From Chiloscyllium plagiosum (Eukaryota): DNA of 26,101 nt. The notes beneath the pieces are model-generated. The model had not been told where the DNA came from and did not search any database. It saw only the letters and a list, made by a program, of their open reading frames with translations. The stretch spans positions 59,506,446-59,532,546 of the forward strand of contig NC_057719.1 of assembly GCF_004010195.1 (NCBI RefSeq), in the 5' to 3' direction. How positions within the stretch are numbered: position 1 is the stretch's first letter; the number at the start of each line of letters is the position of its first letter. The position numbers and the translations under genes were made by a program. Shown piece after piece: positions 12,538-21,932 of the stretch.

Positions 12538-12625
12538 GTTACTGATTACTATGATATTATTAAAAAGCCAGTTGCCTTAAATATTATAAGAGAAAAACTA
12601 AACCGATGTGAATATAACTTTGCAT
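12538..12625 (+). CDS. BAZ1A: BAZ1A coding exon, bromodomain middle
   Basis: Acceptor ttttctttcttttacAG (12536-12537), donor GTaag (12626). Encodes VTDYYDIIKKPVALNIIREKLNRCEYNFA. 88 nt, phase 0 in, phase 1 out. Confidence 0.96.
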
Positions 12626-12789
12626 GTAAGTTTTTTTTAAAAGGTTCACTTACCTTTTTTGTTCATTTTCAGTCCTCTTATTTTAAAGTAAGCTATGGCT
12701 TGTTTACATTTAGTCAGTTAGATGTCAATAAAAATCAGTTTCAAACACCTGGATTACTAAGAAAAGGCATTCTGCAAACAGTGCAATGA

Positions 12790-12970
12790 GTGACCAGGTA
12801 CTGTATCTGCTAGCTGCAGGAAGAATTTTAATCAGGCTAATGATAGAAATGCCAGGGGATCTTAAACTTGAACCATTTTCTGAGTTTAATGTCACATCTG
12901 AAATGGATCATCTTTATTGATGTAGAATCCTTACCTCATGCAGAGCAGTATTGGTCTAGATAATGTAGAA
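12790..12970 (-). mobile_element. Possible old DeuSINE-like remnant in the last BAZ1A intron
   Basis: GCCAGGGGATCTT...GTTTAATGTCACATCTGAAATGG...GGTCTAGATAATGT loosely resembles the antisense Deu domain as recalled; highly diverged. Confidence 0.3.
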
Positions 12971-13130
12971 TTTCCGTTATTACATAGTGTGTTGGTGCGG
13001 TTATACTTTTGTGTTCAATGATATTAATCTTCTGTTACAAAACTATATCATCCCATTCTATTGACCATAGACCTGAGAGTTCTAAAAGTTCTTTTAAAAA
13101 GTCTAGCTTGTAATTTTGTTTCTTTTGCAG

Positions 13131-13327
13131 CGGATTTTATTGATGATGTAGAATTGATGTTTACAAATTGTTTTGAATACAATCCGCGAAACACAAGTGA
13201 AGCAAAAGCCGGAATCAAACTACAAGCCTTCTTTCACAATCAAGTAGAAAGACTGGGATTGCCAGTGAAATCTGCAAATGTGGACCATCCACCACAACCA
13301 CCAGTTACTAAAAGGTCAAGAATATAA
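13131..13327 (+). CDS. BAZ1A: BAZ1A terminal coding exon, bromodomain end and stop
   Basis: Acceptor ttgtttcttttgcAG (13129-13130). Encodes (S)DFIDDVELMFTNCFEYNPRNTSEAKAGIKLQAFFHNQVERLGLPVKSANVDHPPQPPVTKRSRI, stop TAA at 13325-13327; matches the BAZ1A C-terminus ...FEYNPRNTSEAKAG...AKKSRI. Confidence 0.97.
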
Positions 13328-14200
13328 GGTTGTTCAGTGGTGTTGCTTTAAATGGGAGCATTTCAAAATGTAAGGTGCTCCACTTCTCTTTTTTTTAAAA
13401 AAAAAACTAGAATCATGCCACAGACTGCCTTGCCCTTTCATGAACTGCAATAACTTTTATTTTACGACCTTTGAAATGCGACCTGCACTGGACTAAAATT
13501 CTTTCTATTGTTGAGCACTCAGGAAAATGTAGTGTGAAGCTGCATTTTGCTACAGTAAATTTGTAGAGATTTCATAATTTGTGTATATTGGATACAGTAC
13601 TGTTTTACTGAATGACTTTTGTACTTTTTGAAGTAACATTCATGGATAGTGTCTTCCACCAAACACAGGGTAAATGTTATACTTTTATAAATAATTGTGA
13701 AGCTCTCCTGCGTACCCCTTTTTGTGAAAATATGGGTTGTTAATTTGTTTCAGGAACAATCAGTCACCAAGTCAAGTTACACCTTTTGTTTTTTAACTAA
13801 AAATGAGGTTTTCAAACCAACAAAGAATGTTACACTACACAAGTGACAATTGTATATCATTTCAGTACTGTACATGTTTCATGCTGGTGCGAATGATTGG
13901 TCTGCCATGAAATAGCGTAAATATTTATTCAGTGTTGAAAACAATTTTGGAATGTTGAATTTCTTATTTATGAAATTTGTAATTGAAACTTGGAGAAGAT
14001 TGAGGTTTTTCAGCTCCAGCAGTTTCTTTTTTGTTTAAAAAAAAATTGCTTTCTAATGCCTAATAAAATGTGGAATCCTGAGACCAGATTGTCATGTAAT
14101 GTTTCTGGCATCAGTAATTTTTGAATTTGATAATGTGGTTTGCTTTGTTTTTTTAAAAAAAAGCTTCTTTGTACAAATAAAAAGTTTTAAGTTGATACAT
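13328..14200 (+). other. BAZ1A: BAZ1A 3' UTR (minimum likely extent; may extend to ~15680)
   Basis: Repeat-free AU-rich sequence after the stop, rich in TGTA motifs, leading to AATAAA signals. Confidence 0.65.
14176..14181 (+). terminator. Candidate polyadenylation signal AATAAA
   Basis: Context TTTGTACAAATAAAAAG with upstream TGTA and T/GT-rich sequence downstream. Alternative hexamers at 14062, 14406, 15131 and 15652. Confidence 0.6.
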
Positions 14201-15651
14201 TTTGATACTTGAATGTGTGACACTAGAGACCTTCAGTGGAAGACGAATATGGAGTTGCTTACCAATGTAATTGAAAAAATTCCTCAATTGTGCTTTCTTG
14301 AATACCTCAGAGCTGCCTTTGAGACAGCTGCAGTATTAATACTTGGCCGTGTGGGATATTGTTGTACAACTATCAACCTTTTCAATAATGAACTAGTGAT
14401 GTTGTAATAAATACTGTCTTTCAGTAGGCAGTGTATTTCTGTGCAAAACACAATTCTGTATCAATGCTAATTACAATTCAGATATTGAATGCATCAACTG
14501 CACTCCATCTTAATTATATTATGTATTTGACTGTGTACTTGAACTGAAGACCAAAAACAAGTTGAACAGTCTCCATCAGAACTTCCAGTGTGATTTATCT
14601 AATGACCAGAAAACCTAAATTTTGCATATTCAATTTTCTGAAAGGCAACTATGCAACGTTGTTACCTTCGGTATAATTAAGTTCAATCGTTCCCATTTTC
14701 TCGGTCAAAAGGTACTTGTTCATTTGAAGCATATAGGATATCATAGCAATACTTGACTTTTGTACTCCATCCTAAGTAAATTATAACTGAGCAGGAAACA
14801 TACACCGCCAACTCCTTTCCACTCGCCATACCTCCCTCCCTCCTTCACCCCTGAAAGCAAACATACACGTAATTAATTTGTTGCATCCAACTCTAGCTGA
14901 AATTGGAACTTGGAGTGGCTGACCACTTTTCTCCCTTCCTGTTTTACCACAAGGATTTTTTAAATCTATGTAATCCTGCTTAGTCATTACTGTGAACATT
15001 AGATATTTGACTTGCATTAAATCATTCCATGAAAAAAATGTAATTTGTGGTTTGCTGCACTTAAGTCTAAATTTACTAAAACTCAATTGTGCAAAGCATG
15101 TTTGAGACTAGAAAATGTACATGTGCAATTAATAAAAATATATTGATCTTGGGTTTGATTGTCATAAAATTTGAAAGGGTTTTTTCTGAAGGGAATTGAC
15201 ATTTGGAACAATACTGCTGTGAAAAATGGTCACGCTCTTGAGGTTTGAGCTAAAGCACATTGTTGAAAAAATAGTTTACAACTTGTGCAATATCTGATTT
15301 TTTAAAAAATTCTTGTTCTCAAACTGTGCCACTCTTAATTACATGCAGTGGCTGTTTAAGTTTGTAAATTCAGCCTCTTCAGCATGTGGGTTCAGTCTCA
15401 TGATGGCTGCTGTAAAACAAGCTGAACCCCCCTCACTCCAAAATGACTGGTTATGCATTAGTATGACTTGTGTAATGAATAGAACCCAAATCTTGAATAT
15501 GCACTATTTCCAATCTTCTAAAAGGCAACTGATTATGATAAGGGACCAGATATAAAGAATTCAAGTTACTTTATTTTAGTCACCTCATGAGTATTGAATA
15601 ATGGTTTGTAGAAAATGTAATCTCTGCTTCGTTTCTATCCTTGTAACAGAA

Positions 15652-15657
15652 AATAAA
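15652..15657 (+). terminator. Candidate distal polyadenylation signal AATAAA
   Basis: Three upstream TGTA motifs (15607-15645) and downstream GTGATGGCTTTTGTTTTAGT; repeat-rich DNA begins shortly afterwards. Confidence 0.45.
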
Positions 15658-15879
15658 ATCTTCTATACTTGTGATGGCTTTTGTTTTAGTGAATCTCTGC
15701 ACTTCCAGACCATGGTTATCTTAGACCCCTGACAGTTTATCACAATGTAGACATTCCCTTAGCCCCCACAATCATTTTGAAAGCTTTGCAATTGATTAAG
15801 AATCTACTTTTGACCACCTCTATCCTACAGTAAGAAAACAAATTGACATTCTGACCCCTTCCCTCACTGTGCCTCTTCT

Positions 15880-16110
15880 CCTTTTCAGAAATTGACTACT
15901 TTATACCATTGAGCTAGATCATGAAAACTCTACTATTTTACTTCCTTTGCCCACCTTTGTTTCATATTGTTTGATAACCTTGCTCAAAAAAAAATCTATT
16001 ATCTGCTTGAGCATTTCATTTGATGCTGCATCTGCACTTTGGCAGTGTTTCAAATTCTTAGTATTGTTTGAATATGTTTCCTGATTGTTTTTGCTCTAAA
16101 TAGCTCAAAC
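15880..16110 (-). mobile_element. Old CR1-clade LINE 3' remnant
   Basis: AAAATCTATTATCTGCTTGAGCATTTCATTTGATGCTGCATCTGCAC...TGTTTCCTGATTG...CTAAATAGCTC resembles an antisense CR1 3' region; very decayed. Confidence 0.4.
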
Positions 16111-16199
16111 ATTCTTCCTATTGAGAGAATAGCTTTTTAGTAGCCAACTTTGTATAATTGCTATACCATTTGGACCCCACAATTGTTTCTAGTTTACTT

Positions 16200-17650
16200 G
16201 GGGTCTGGGGTGTTGCTAGTTGGACAATACTTATTGTCCATCCCTAGCCTCCCTCTAAGGTGGTGGTGGTGAGCTGCCTGGAAAAACTGCAGTCCATGTG
16301 CTATAAGTAAACCCACACTGTCCTTCAGGAGAGCTTTCTAAGGTTTTTGACTCTGACAGTGAAGGAAAGGTGAAACATTTCCAAGTTAGAATATTGAGTG
16401 GCTTGGAGGGGATCTTTCAGATGGTGGTGCCATGTATCTGCTACTCTTGGCCTTCTGGATGGAAGTGGTTATGGGTTTAGAAGGTGTTCTCCAAGAACCT
16501 TTGGCAAATTTTTGCAATGTCTTGTGGCTAGTACACAATGATATTACTAAATATTGATGGTGTCGGAAGTGAATGGTACCGTATCCACAAACCATCAAAT
16601 GAGTTGCTATGACTGGGATACAGTCAAACTGTGTGTTACGAGCTGCACTTATCCAGGCCAATGTGTTGTATCTTCATCCTGGTTTGGGCTTTGTCGATGG
16701 TGGACAGACTTTGTGGAGTCAGTAGGTGAGTTACTCACCACAATATTCCAAATTGCTCTTGTCGCCACTATTTATATGGTGAATCCAGTTGAGTTTTCTG
16801 GGCAATGGTAACCCCAAGGATGTTGGGGGATTCAGCAATTGCAAGACCAATGAGTGTCAAGAGGCTGTGGTTAAATTGTCTGCTTGAAGATGATCGTTGC
16901 ATGATATTTGTGCGGCATGAATGTTACTTGCCACTTGGGTCTTGTCCAGATCTTGTCACATTTGAACATGGAGTACTGCAGTATATGTGGAGTTGTGAAT
17001 GATGCTGAACATTGTGCATTCATCAGCAAACAATTCCCAGTTCTGACTTTGTGATGGAGGGAAGGTCATTGATGAAGCAGCTAAAGATAGTTGTGCCTCT
17101 GATAATACTGTGAGGATGTCCTGGAGCTGAGGTGACTGACTGACCTCTAACAAACATAAGTATTTTCTTCCTGATTTCCATTGAATCCAGTTTTGATAGG
17201 ATTTCTTGATGTTCAAGGCTGTAACTCTCCTTAACTCCAGAATTCAGTTCCACTGTGTCTACATTTGAACCAAGGCTGTTAGAGGTTAGGAGCTGAGTAG
17301 GCCTGGTGCAACCCAACTGAGTGTCACTGAATAAGTTACTGCTGCGTGGGTGCCGCTGATAGTACTGTTGACACCTTCTGTCACTTTGAAAATCAAGAGT
17401 AGACTGGGGTGGTAATTGGCTGGGTTGGATTTGTTTTACATTTTGTCCACAAGACATACTGATCAAATTTGCATATTGGTATCTACCTGACCATATTGTA
17501 ACTCTATTGGAACTGCTTGGCGAGTGAAGTGGCAAATTCTGGAGCACGAGTCTTTGGTACTATTGCCAAAATGTTTTAGGGTCCATAGCCTTTGCACACT
17601 CCAGTGTCCCCATTCAATTCAACTGTGAATCAAATTGCTTAAAGACTGTT
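16200..17650 (-). mobile_element. Decayed CR1/L2-group LINE (RT and 3' end), a different family from the HER1-like copies
   Basis: Minus-strand fragments GTTIFSCFINDLPSITKSE and LFADECTMFSII (RT QGSVLGP/YADD region), MAWISAARNTQ, TIHFRHHQYLV. 3' end CTAGGGATGGACAATAAGTATTG near 16220-16245. Confidence 0.8.
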
Positions 17651-17997
17651 CTCTCCAGTATAGGAGGAACATGGACAAAGGCAGATTTAAGTTTCCCTGT
17701 CTTCAGTTACTTCAAGACGTAAGATTTCTTTGCAACATTGCGCCAATATCCGATGCTGAAAATTGAATATGGTGCTCAATGGGAGGTTAGGTGAAGTATT
17801 TTCATCTGATGTAGTGCTCTTAAATTGCAACCCCTTGAGATCAAGTTTAACATCTTGCTTTGCCTATGATATCTCTGCCCCGTCTTTGAGTTTGCGTATA
17901 GATACCTAAATCTCTACTCTACATCCAGTCTTACAATGGAAAAAATATTTTTTGAATTTCTTTAACAGGTTCAATATGGAAAGATTGATAAAATAAA

Positions 17998-18256
17998 ATC
18001 CATATAGTGCACATAGAGACCATTTGGCCCAGTGAGTTTCAGCTGACCCTCCCAAGAGCACTCCACCCTATCCCTGTAACTCTACATTTCCCATAGCTCA
18101 TCCACCTAATTCCTGGCCAGAATGGGCAATCTAGCATAGCCAATTCCCCTAACCTGCACAGCCACAGGAAAACATGCAAACTCCACACAAGCATCCAAGG
18201 CTGGAATTGAACTTATGATCCTGGTGTTGTAAGGCAGCAGTGTTAGCCACTGTGCT
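17998..18256 (-). mobile_element. Older, internally deleted HE1-like SINE
   Basis: Matches the copy at 2786-3098: GGCAGCAGTGTTAGCCACTGTGC, GGAATTGAAC (B box complement), GGGCAATCTAGCATAGCCAATTCCCCTAACCTGCAC and CCATTTGGCCC. Confidence 0.8.
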
Positions 18257-18334
18257 GTTAATCTGAGCTAAATGACACTCCGTACCTGATTTTTCATTTC
18301 ATTAATGAGTGATTCATCCATAATTTGAGGAAGT

Positions 18335-18639
18335 TACATGAAACAGTGCAGCACAGAAATCAGCCATTCGGCCCACCACGTGTGTGCTGACCATGATGCA
18401 TTTCTAAACTTATCCCATCAGCCTGCAAGTTATTCCCTGCTTGTTCATGTGTCTGTCTAAATGTGTCTTCGCTTTGCTATCGTATCTGCTTCAACCACCT
18501 CCATGGCAAAGCATTCCAGACACCTGCCATCCTCTTGTGTAAATCAAAAACTTACCTCGCACATCTCCTTTAAACTTTTTCACTCTCACCTTAAACTTAT
18601 GTCCCCTATTATTTGACATTTGTATCCTGGAAGAAAGGC
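18335..18639 (-). mobile_element. CR1-clade LINE 3' fragment
   Basis: Reverse complement of the CR1 3' region: CAGCACAGAAATCAGCCATTCGGCCC, TCTGCTTCAACCACCTCC, CACATCTCCTTTAAACTTTTTCACTCTCACCTTAAAC. Confidence 0.8.
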
Positions 18640-18765
18640 CACAACTATTGTAGCATCAAGCAAAAATCCCCATCATCTAAAATACTGAACACAATCTTGG
18701 AATTGTCCAGTATCGTACATAGTGGACAGAACCCTAGACTCTGGCTTTGTAGCAAATATAAAACT

Positions 18766-18993
18766 GAGTCAAGAGTGTGGTTCTGGAAAAGCGCAGCAGG
18801 TCAGGCAGCATCCAAGGAGCAGGAGAGTTGAAGTTTCTGGCAAAAGCCCTTCATCAGGAATGAGGCCACATTCCTGATGAAGGGTTTTTGCCCGAAATGT
18901 CGCGCTCGTGTTCCTCAGATGCTGCCTGACCTGTGCTTTGCCAGCACCACACTCTTGACTCCATTATCCAGCATGTGTAGTCTTCACTTTCGC
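18766..18993. mobile_element. Palindromic Penelope-like terminal-repeat element with hammerhead-like core
   Basis: Inverted arms 18766-18862 and 18869-18961 (GAGTCAAGAGTGTGG...TTCATCAGGAATG / CATTCCTGATGAA...CCACACTCTTGACTC) plus a ~32 bp unpaired tail. Imperfect flanking direct repeat CAAATATAAAAC (18753-18764) / CAAATACACAAC (18994-19005). Confidence 0.75.
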
Positions 18994-19088
18994 CAAATAC
19001 ACAACAGAGCCGGCAGAATGGGAATCTCTGGGACAATTGTTCAGCCTGGAATTCCAATTTACACCTCCCCTCCAAAAGGACAATCAAC

Positions 19089-19760
19089 TAGCTCCTTGAA
19101 AGTGGAGTCACAGGTAGATAGGATAGTGAAGAAGACGTTTGGTATGCTTCCCTTTATTGGTCAGAGTATTGAGTACAAGAGTTGGGAGGTCATGTTGCAT
19201 CTGTATAGGACATCAGTGAGGCCACTTTTGGAATGTTGCATGCAATTCTACTCTTGTTCCTCTTGGAAAGATGTTGTGAAACTTGAAAGGGTTCAGAAAA
19301 GATTTACAAAGATGTTGCCAGGGTTGGAGGATTTGAGCAGTAGGGAGAGGTTGAATAGGTTAGGGCTATTTTCCCTGGAGCGTCGGAGGCTGAAGGGTGA
19401 TCTTGTAGAGTTTATAAAATCATGAGAGACATGGATAGGGTAAATAGACAAGGTCTTTTCTCTGGGGTGGGGGAGTCCAGAACTAGAGGGCATAGTGAGA
19501 GTGGAAAGATAAAAAAGATATATTAAGGGCAACTTTTTCATGCAAAGGGTGGTGCATGTGTGCAATGGGCTACCAGAGGAAGTGGTGGAGGCTAGTACAA
19601 TTGCAACATTTAAGAGGCAGTTGGATTGGTATATGAAGAGGAAGGGTTTGGAGGGATATGGGCCAGGTGCTGGCAGCTGGGACTAGATTGGGTTGGGATA
19701 TCTGGTCGGCATGGACGGGTTGGACCGAAGGGTCTGTTTCTGTGCTGTACATCTCTATGA
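19089..19760 (+). mobile_element. CR1-clade (HER1-like) LINE 3' fragment
   Basis: SLKVESQVDRIVKKTFGMLPFIGQSIEYKSWEVMLHLYRTSVRPLLECCMQF...LERVQKRFTKMLPGLEDLS. Highly similar to 10588-11245. Tail GGACCGAAGGGTCTGTTTCTGTGCTGTACATCTCTATGA. Confidence 0.93.
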
Positions 19761-19940
19761 ATGAAACAGACTTTTGCCTAAGACAACTTTTACACCTTGA
19801 ATTACCTAGTCCAGACAGTATGGAACCAACAGATGTGGGGCATCCAACTTCAATTGAAATCTACTCTCACATAATCTTAACAATTCGGAAACCAATTGAT
19901 CAGGAGAAAACATCAGAAACACAACGGACAACAGAGATTT

Positions 19941-20955
19941 GAGGGGGGATAATGGTCATGTGATCTGTACAACCTGATCTCACATGGGAAACAGCCTTTT
20001 TTTTTAACAACAAGCTTCCGCACAAACAGCTTCCCCAGAGACTCCCAGCCCCAACAAACACCTTCCCCATAGGTTCCAAGCCCCAACAAAAACCTTCCCC
20101 ACAGGCTCCCAGCCCCCAACAAACACCTTCCCCACAGGCTCCCAGCCCCAACAAACACCTTCTCCACAGACTCCCAGCCCCATACATTAACTATCCCACA
20201 GGCTCCCAGCCCCAAACCAGCAGCTTCCCAACAGGCTCCCACCCCAAACCAGCAGCTTCCCCACAGGCTCCCAGCCCCAAACCAGCAGCTTCCCCACAGG
20301 CTCCCAGCCCTAACAAGGAGCTTTGGAACCAAGAACCATGGAGGCCGAACAGAGAAGCTGAATCGGGAAGACAAACTGAAAGCATCATCAGATTGAAATA
20401 TACGCGAGGGGAAGGTTGACCAAGCGCTGTCTGAACAAGAGCTTCCAGGCGTAGGCCTGTACCAAACAAAGAGAACCAATGCCAAGATCTTCAGCAACTG
20501 GATGCACTTTAAAAACTGTATGTGCCTCAGTGGTGAGCTCGAACTCCCAAGACCCCAAAGCTCCAACCTAACTAGCAAGGAAGGGGAAGGTGGATGGTGG
20601 CAGTGCATGGAACCCCAAGGGTAGGAAGACTGATTAAAGATTCTGTAATTAAAACTGTTGGTTTTACGTTCTAATAGTGTTTAATCTAGCTAATATTGTA
20701 TTTAATAGTACTACTGTTGTCTCCAGCACCCACTCTCAACTCTGTATAGTTGATTGTGTCAATTTCTGTTTATTTCACTTACCTATTTTTCTTGTATTAT
20801 CCTTACCTTCTGTATGTTCATTAAACACAGAGATTCTTTTGCCCTGAAACACCTGCCTTCTTCATTTCACATTCCCTAACTAAGGAGAGCATTCAGAACC
20901 AGGGATCTGGGGTGATTTGAGCCATTTAAAAATCAGAAAATAACTGATTGCACAC
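19941..20955 (+). mobile_element. Putative polypurine tract and 3' LTR of an unidentified LTR element or endogenous retrovirus
   Basis: GAGGGGGGA (19941-19949) overlaps the TGA of an upstream ORF; then ~1 kb with an internal tandem array, a T-rich tract and ATTAAA (20820-20825). TG...CA termini are not clean and the right boundary is uncertain. Confidence 0.4.
20030..20320. repeat. Minisatellite, 9 copies of a 32-33 bp unit
   Basis: Units start at 20030, 20062, 20094, 20127, 20159, 20191, 20224, 20256 and 20289. Consensus CTTCCCCACAGGCTCCCAGCCCC followed by AACAAACAC or AAACCAGCAG. Confidence 0.95.
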
Positions 20956-20961
20956 TAGCCA

Positions 20962-21632
20962 CCTATCCATTGCCTCTCGTAATTTTATATATTTCTATCA
21001 GATTGCCCCTCAGCCTCTGGTGCTCAATTGAAAACAATCCAACTTTGTTCAACTTCTCCTTAGAGCTAATACGCTCCAATCCAGGCAACATTCTGGTCAA
21101 CATCTTTTGCACTCTTTCCAAAACCTCCACACCTTTCCTAGAGTGTGGCCACCAGAACTGTACACAATATTCCAAATGTGGCCTGCCTAAAGTTTTATAT
21201 AGTGCAACATGGGTGTGGGCGGCACGGTGGCACAGTGGTTAGCACTGCTGCCTCATGGCACCAGAGACACAGGTTCAATTCCCGCCTCAGGCAACTGTCT
21301 GTGTAGAGTTTGCACATTCTCCCCGTGTCTGTGTGAGATTTCCTCCAGGTGCTCCGGTTTCCTCCCACAATCTAAAAATGTGCAGGTTATGTGAATTGGC
21401 CATGCTAAATTGCTGTGGTGGTAAATGTAACGGAATGGGTCTGGGTGGGTTGCTCTTCGGAGGGTCGGTGTGGACTTGTTGGGCCAAAGGGCCTGTTTCC
21501 ACACTGTAAGTCATCTAATCATGACTTGCCAACTTTTACTCTCAGCACTCAAGCTGATGAAGTCTGTACACTTTCTTTCCTACCTCATTCACTTGTGTTG
21601 CTACTTTCATGGTACTATGGACTTGCACCCCA
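20962..21632 (-). mobile_element. CR1-clade LINE fragment interrupted by a SINE
   Basis: Minus ORF EYCVQFWWPHSRKGVEVLERVQKMLTRMLPGLERISSKEKLNKVGLFSIEHQRLRGNLIEIYKI. The LINE continues after the SINE as CATGACTTGCCAACTTTTACTC...GGACTTGCACCCCAA. Confidence 0.85.
21217..21520 (+). mobile_element. Full-length HE1-like tRNA-derived SINE
   Basis: A box TGGCACAGTGG (21228-21238), B box GGTTCAATTCC (21272-21282), central TTTCCTCCAGGTGCTCCGGTTTCCTCCCACA, 3' GGGCCAAAGGGCCTGTTTCCACACTGTAAG and TCTAATC tail. Confidence 0.93.
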
Positions 21633-21913
21633 AAACCAAAGTAATTTAGAGGCAATTATTACAAGTATTGGGAACAGCATCATGAAGTTGGGATGATCTG
21701 TAGGTTTTTGGATAGGTTAAGTTATTCAGTATTCTGTTCTCTTTTGTTTGTGTTTCATTCAGTAATCTTGTTCTGTTTAAAACTATGTGGATCGACCAGC
21801 TGAAACCCTCCTGAAATATCCGTGTTTCACCTGCTTAAAATAACTAATAAAGTTCAGGTCTGGGCTACTTTCTTGGAATGTCTTCAGGGAATCTGACCTG
21901 GTCCATAACATAT

Positions 21914-21932
21914 TGGGGGTTATTTGCTGGAT
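21914..21932 (+). promoter_or_regulatory. Degenerate primer-binding site, probably tRNA-Pro
   Basis: TGGGGGTTATTTGCTGGAT lies 3 nt after the LTR-terminal CA and resembles the tRNA-Pro PBS TGGGGGCTCGTCCGGGAT. Confidence 0.55.

Noticed and set aside
18766..18961. pre-miRNA or terminator interpretation of the long hairpins (also 24793-24982)
   Set aside because: Target-site duplications and interruption of other elements show they are insertions; there is no expression evidence.
18877..19425. 182-aa ORF as a host gene
   Set aside because: Chimeric read-through of a hairpin element, a unique spacer and a CR1 ORF2 3' fragment.
20030..20320. CRISPR-like regular repeats
   Set aside because: The variable parts are only 9-10 bp and are themselves repeated; there are no unique spacers or cas genes, and the context is a vertebrate genome.
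19900..20608. Minus-strand ORFs of 92-231 aa with GAGSLWG/GLGACGE repeats
   Set aside because: These are translation artefacts of the stop-free minisatellite; there is no splice or homology support.
21217..21290. tRNA gene (also at ~3025-3098 and 5355-5427)
   Set aside because: The A/B boxes belong to SINE heads that continue into SINE bodies; there is no clean cloverleaf or Pol III terminator.
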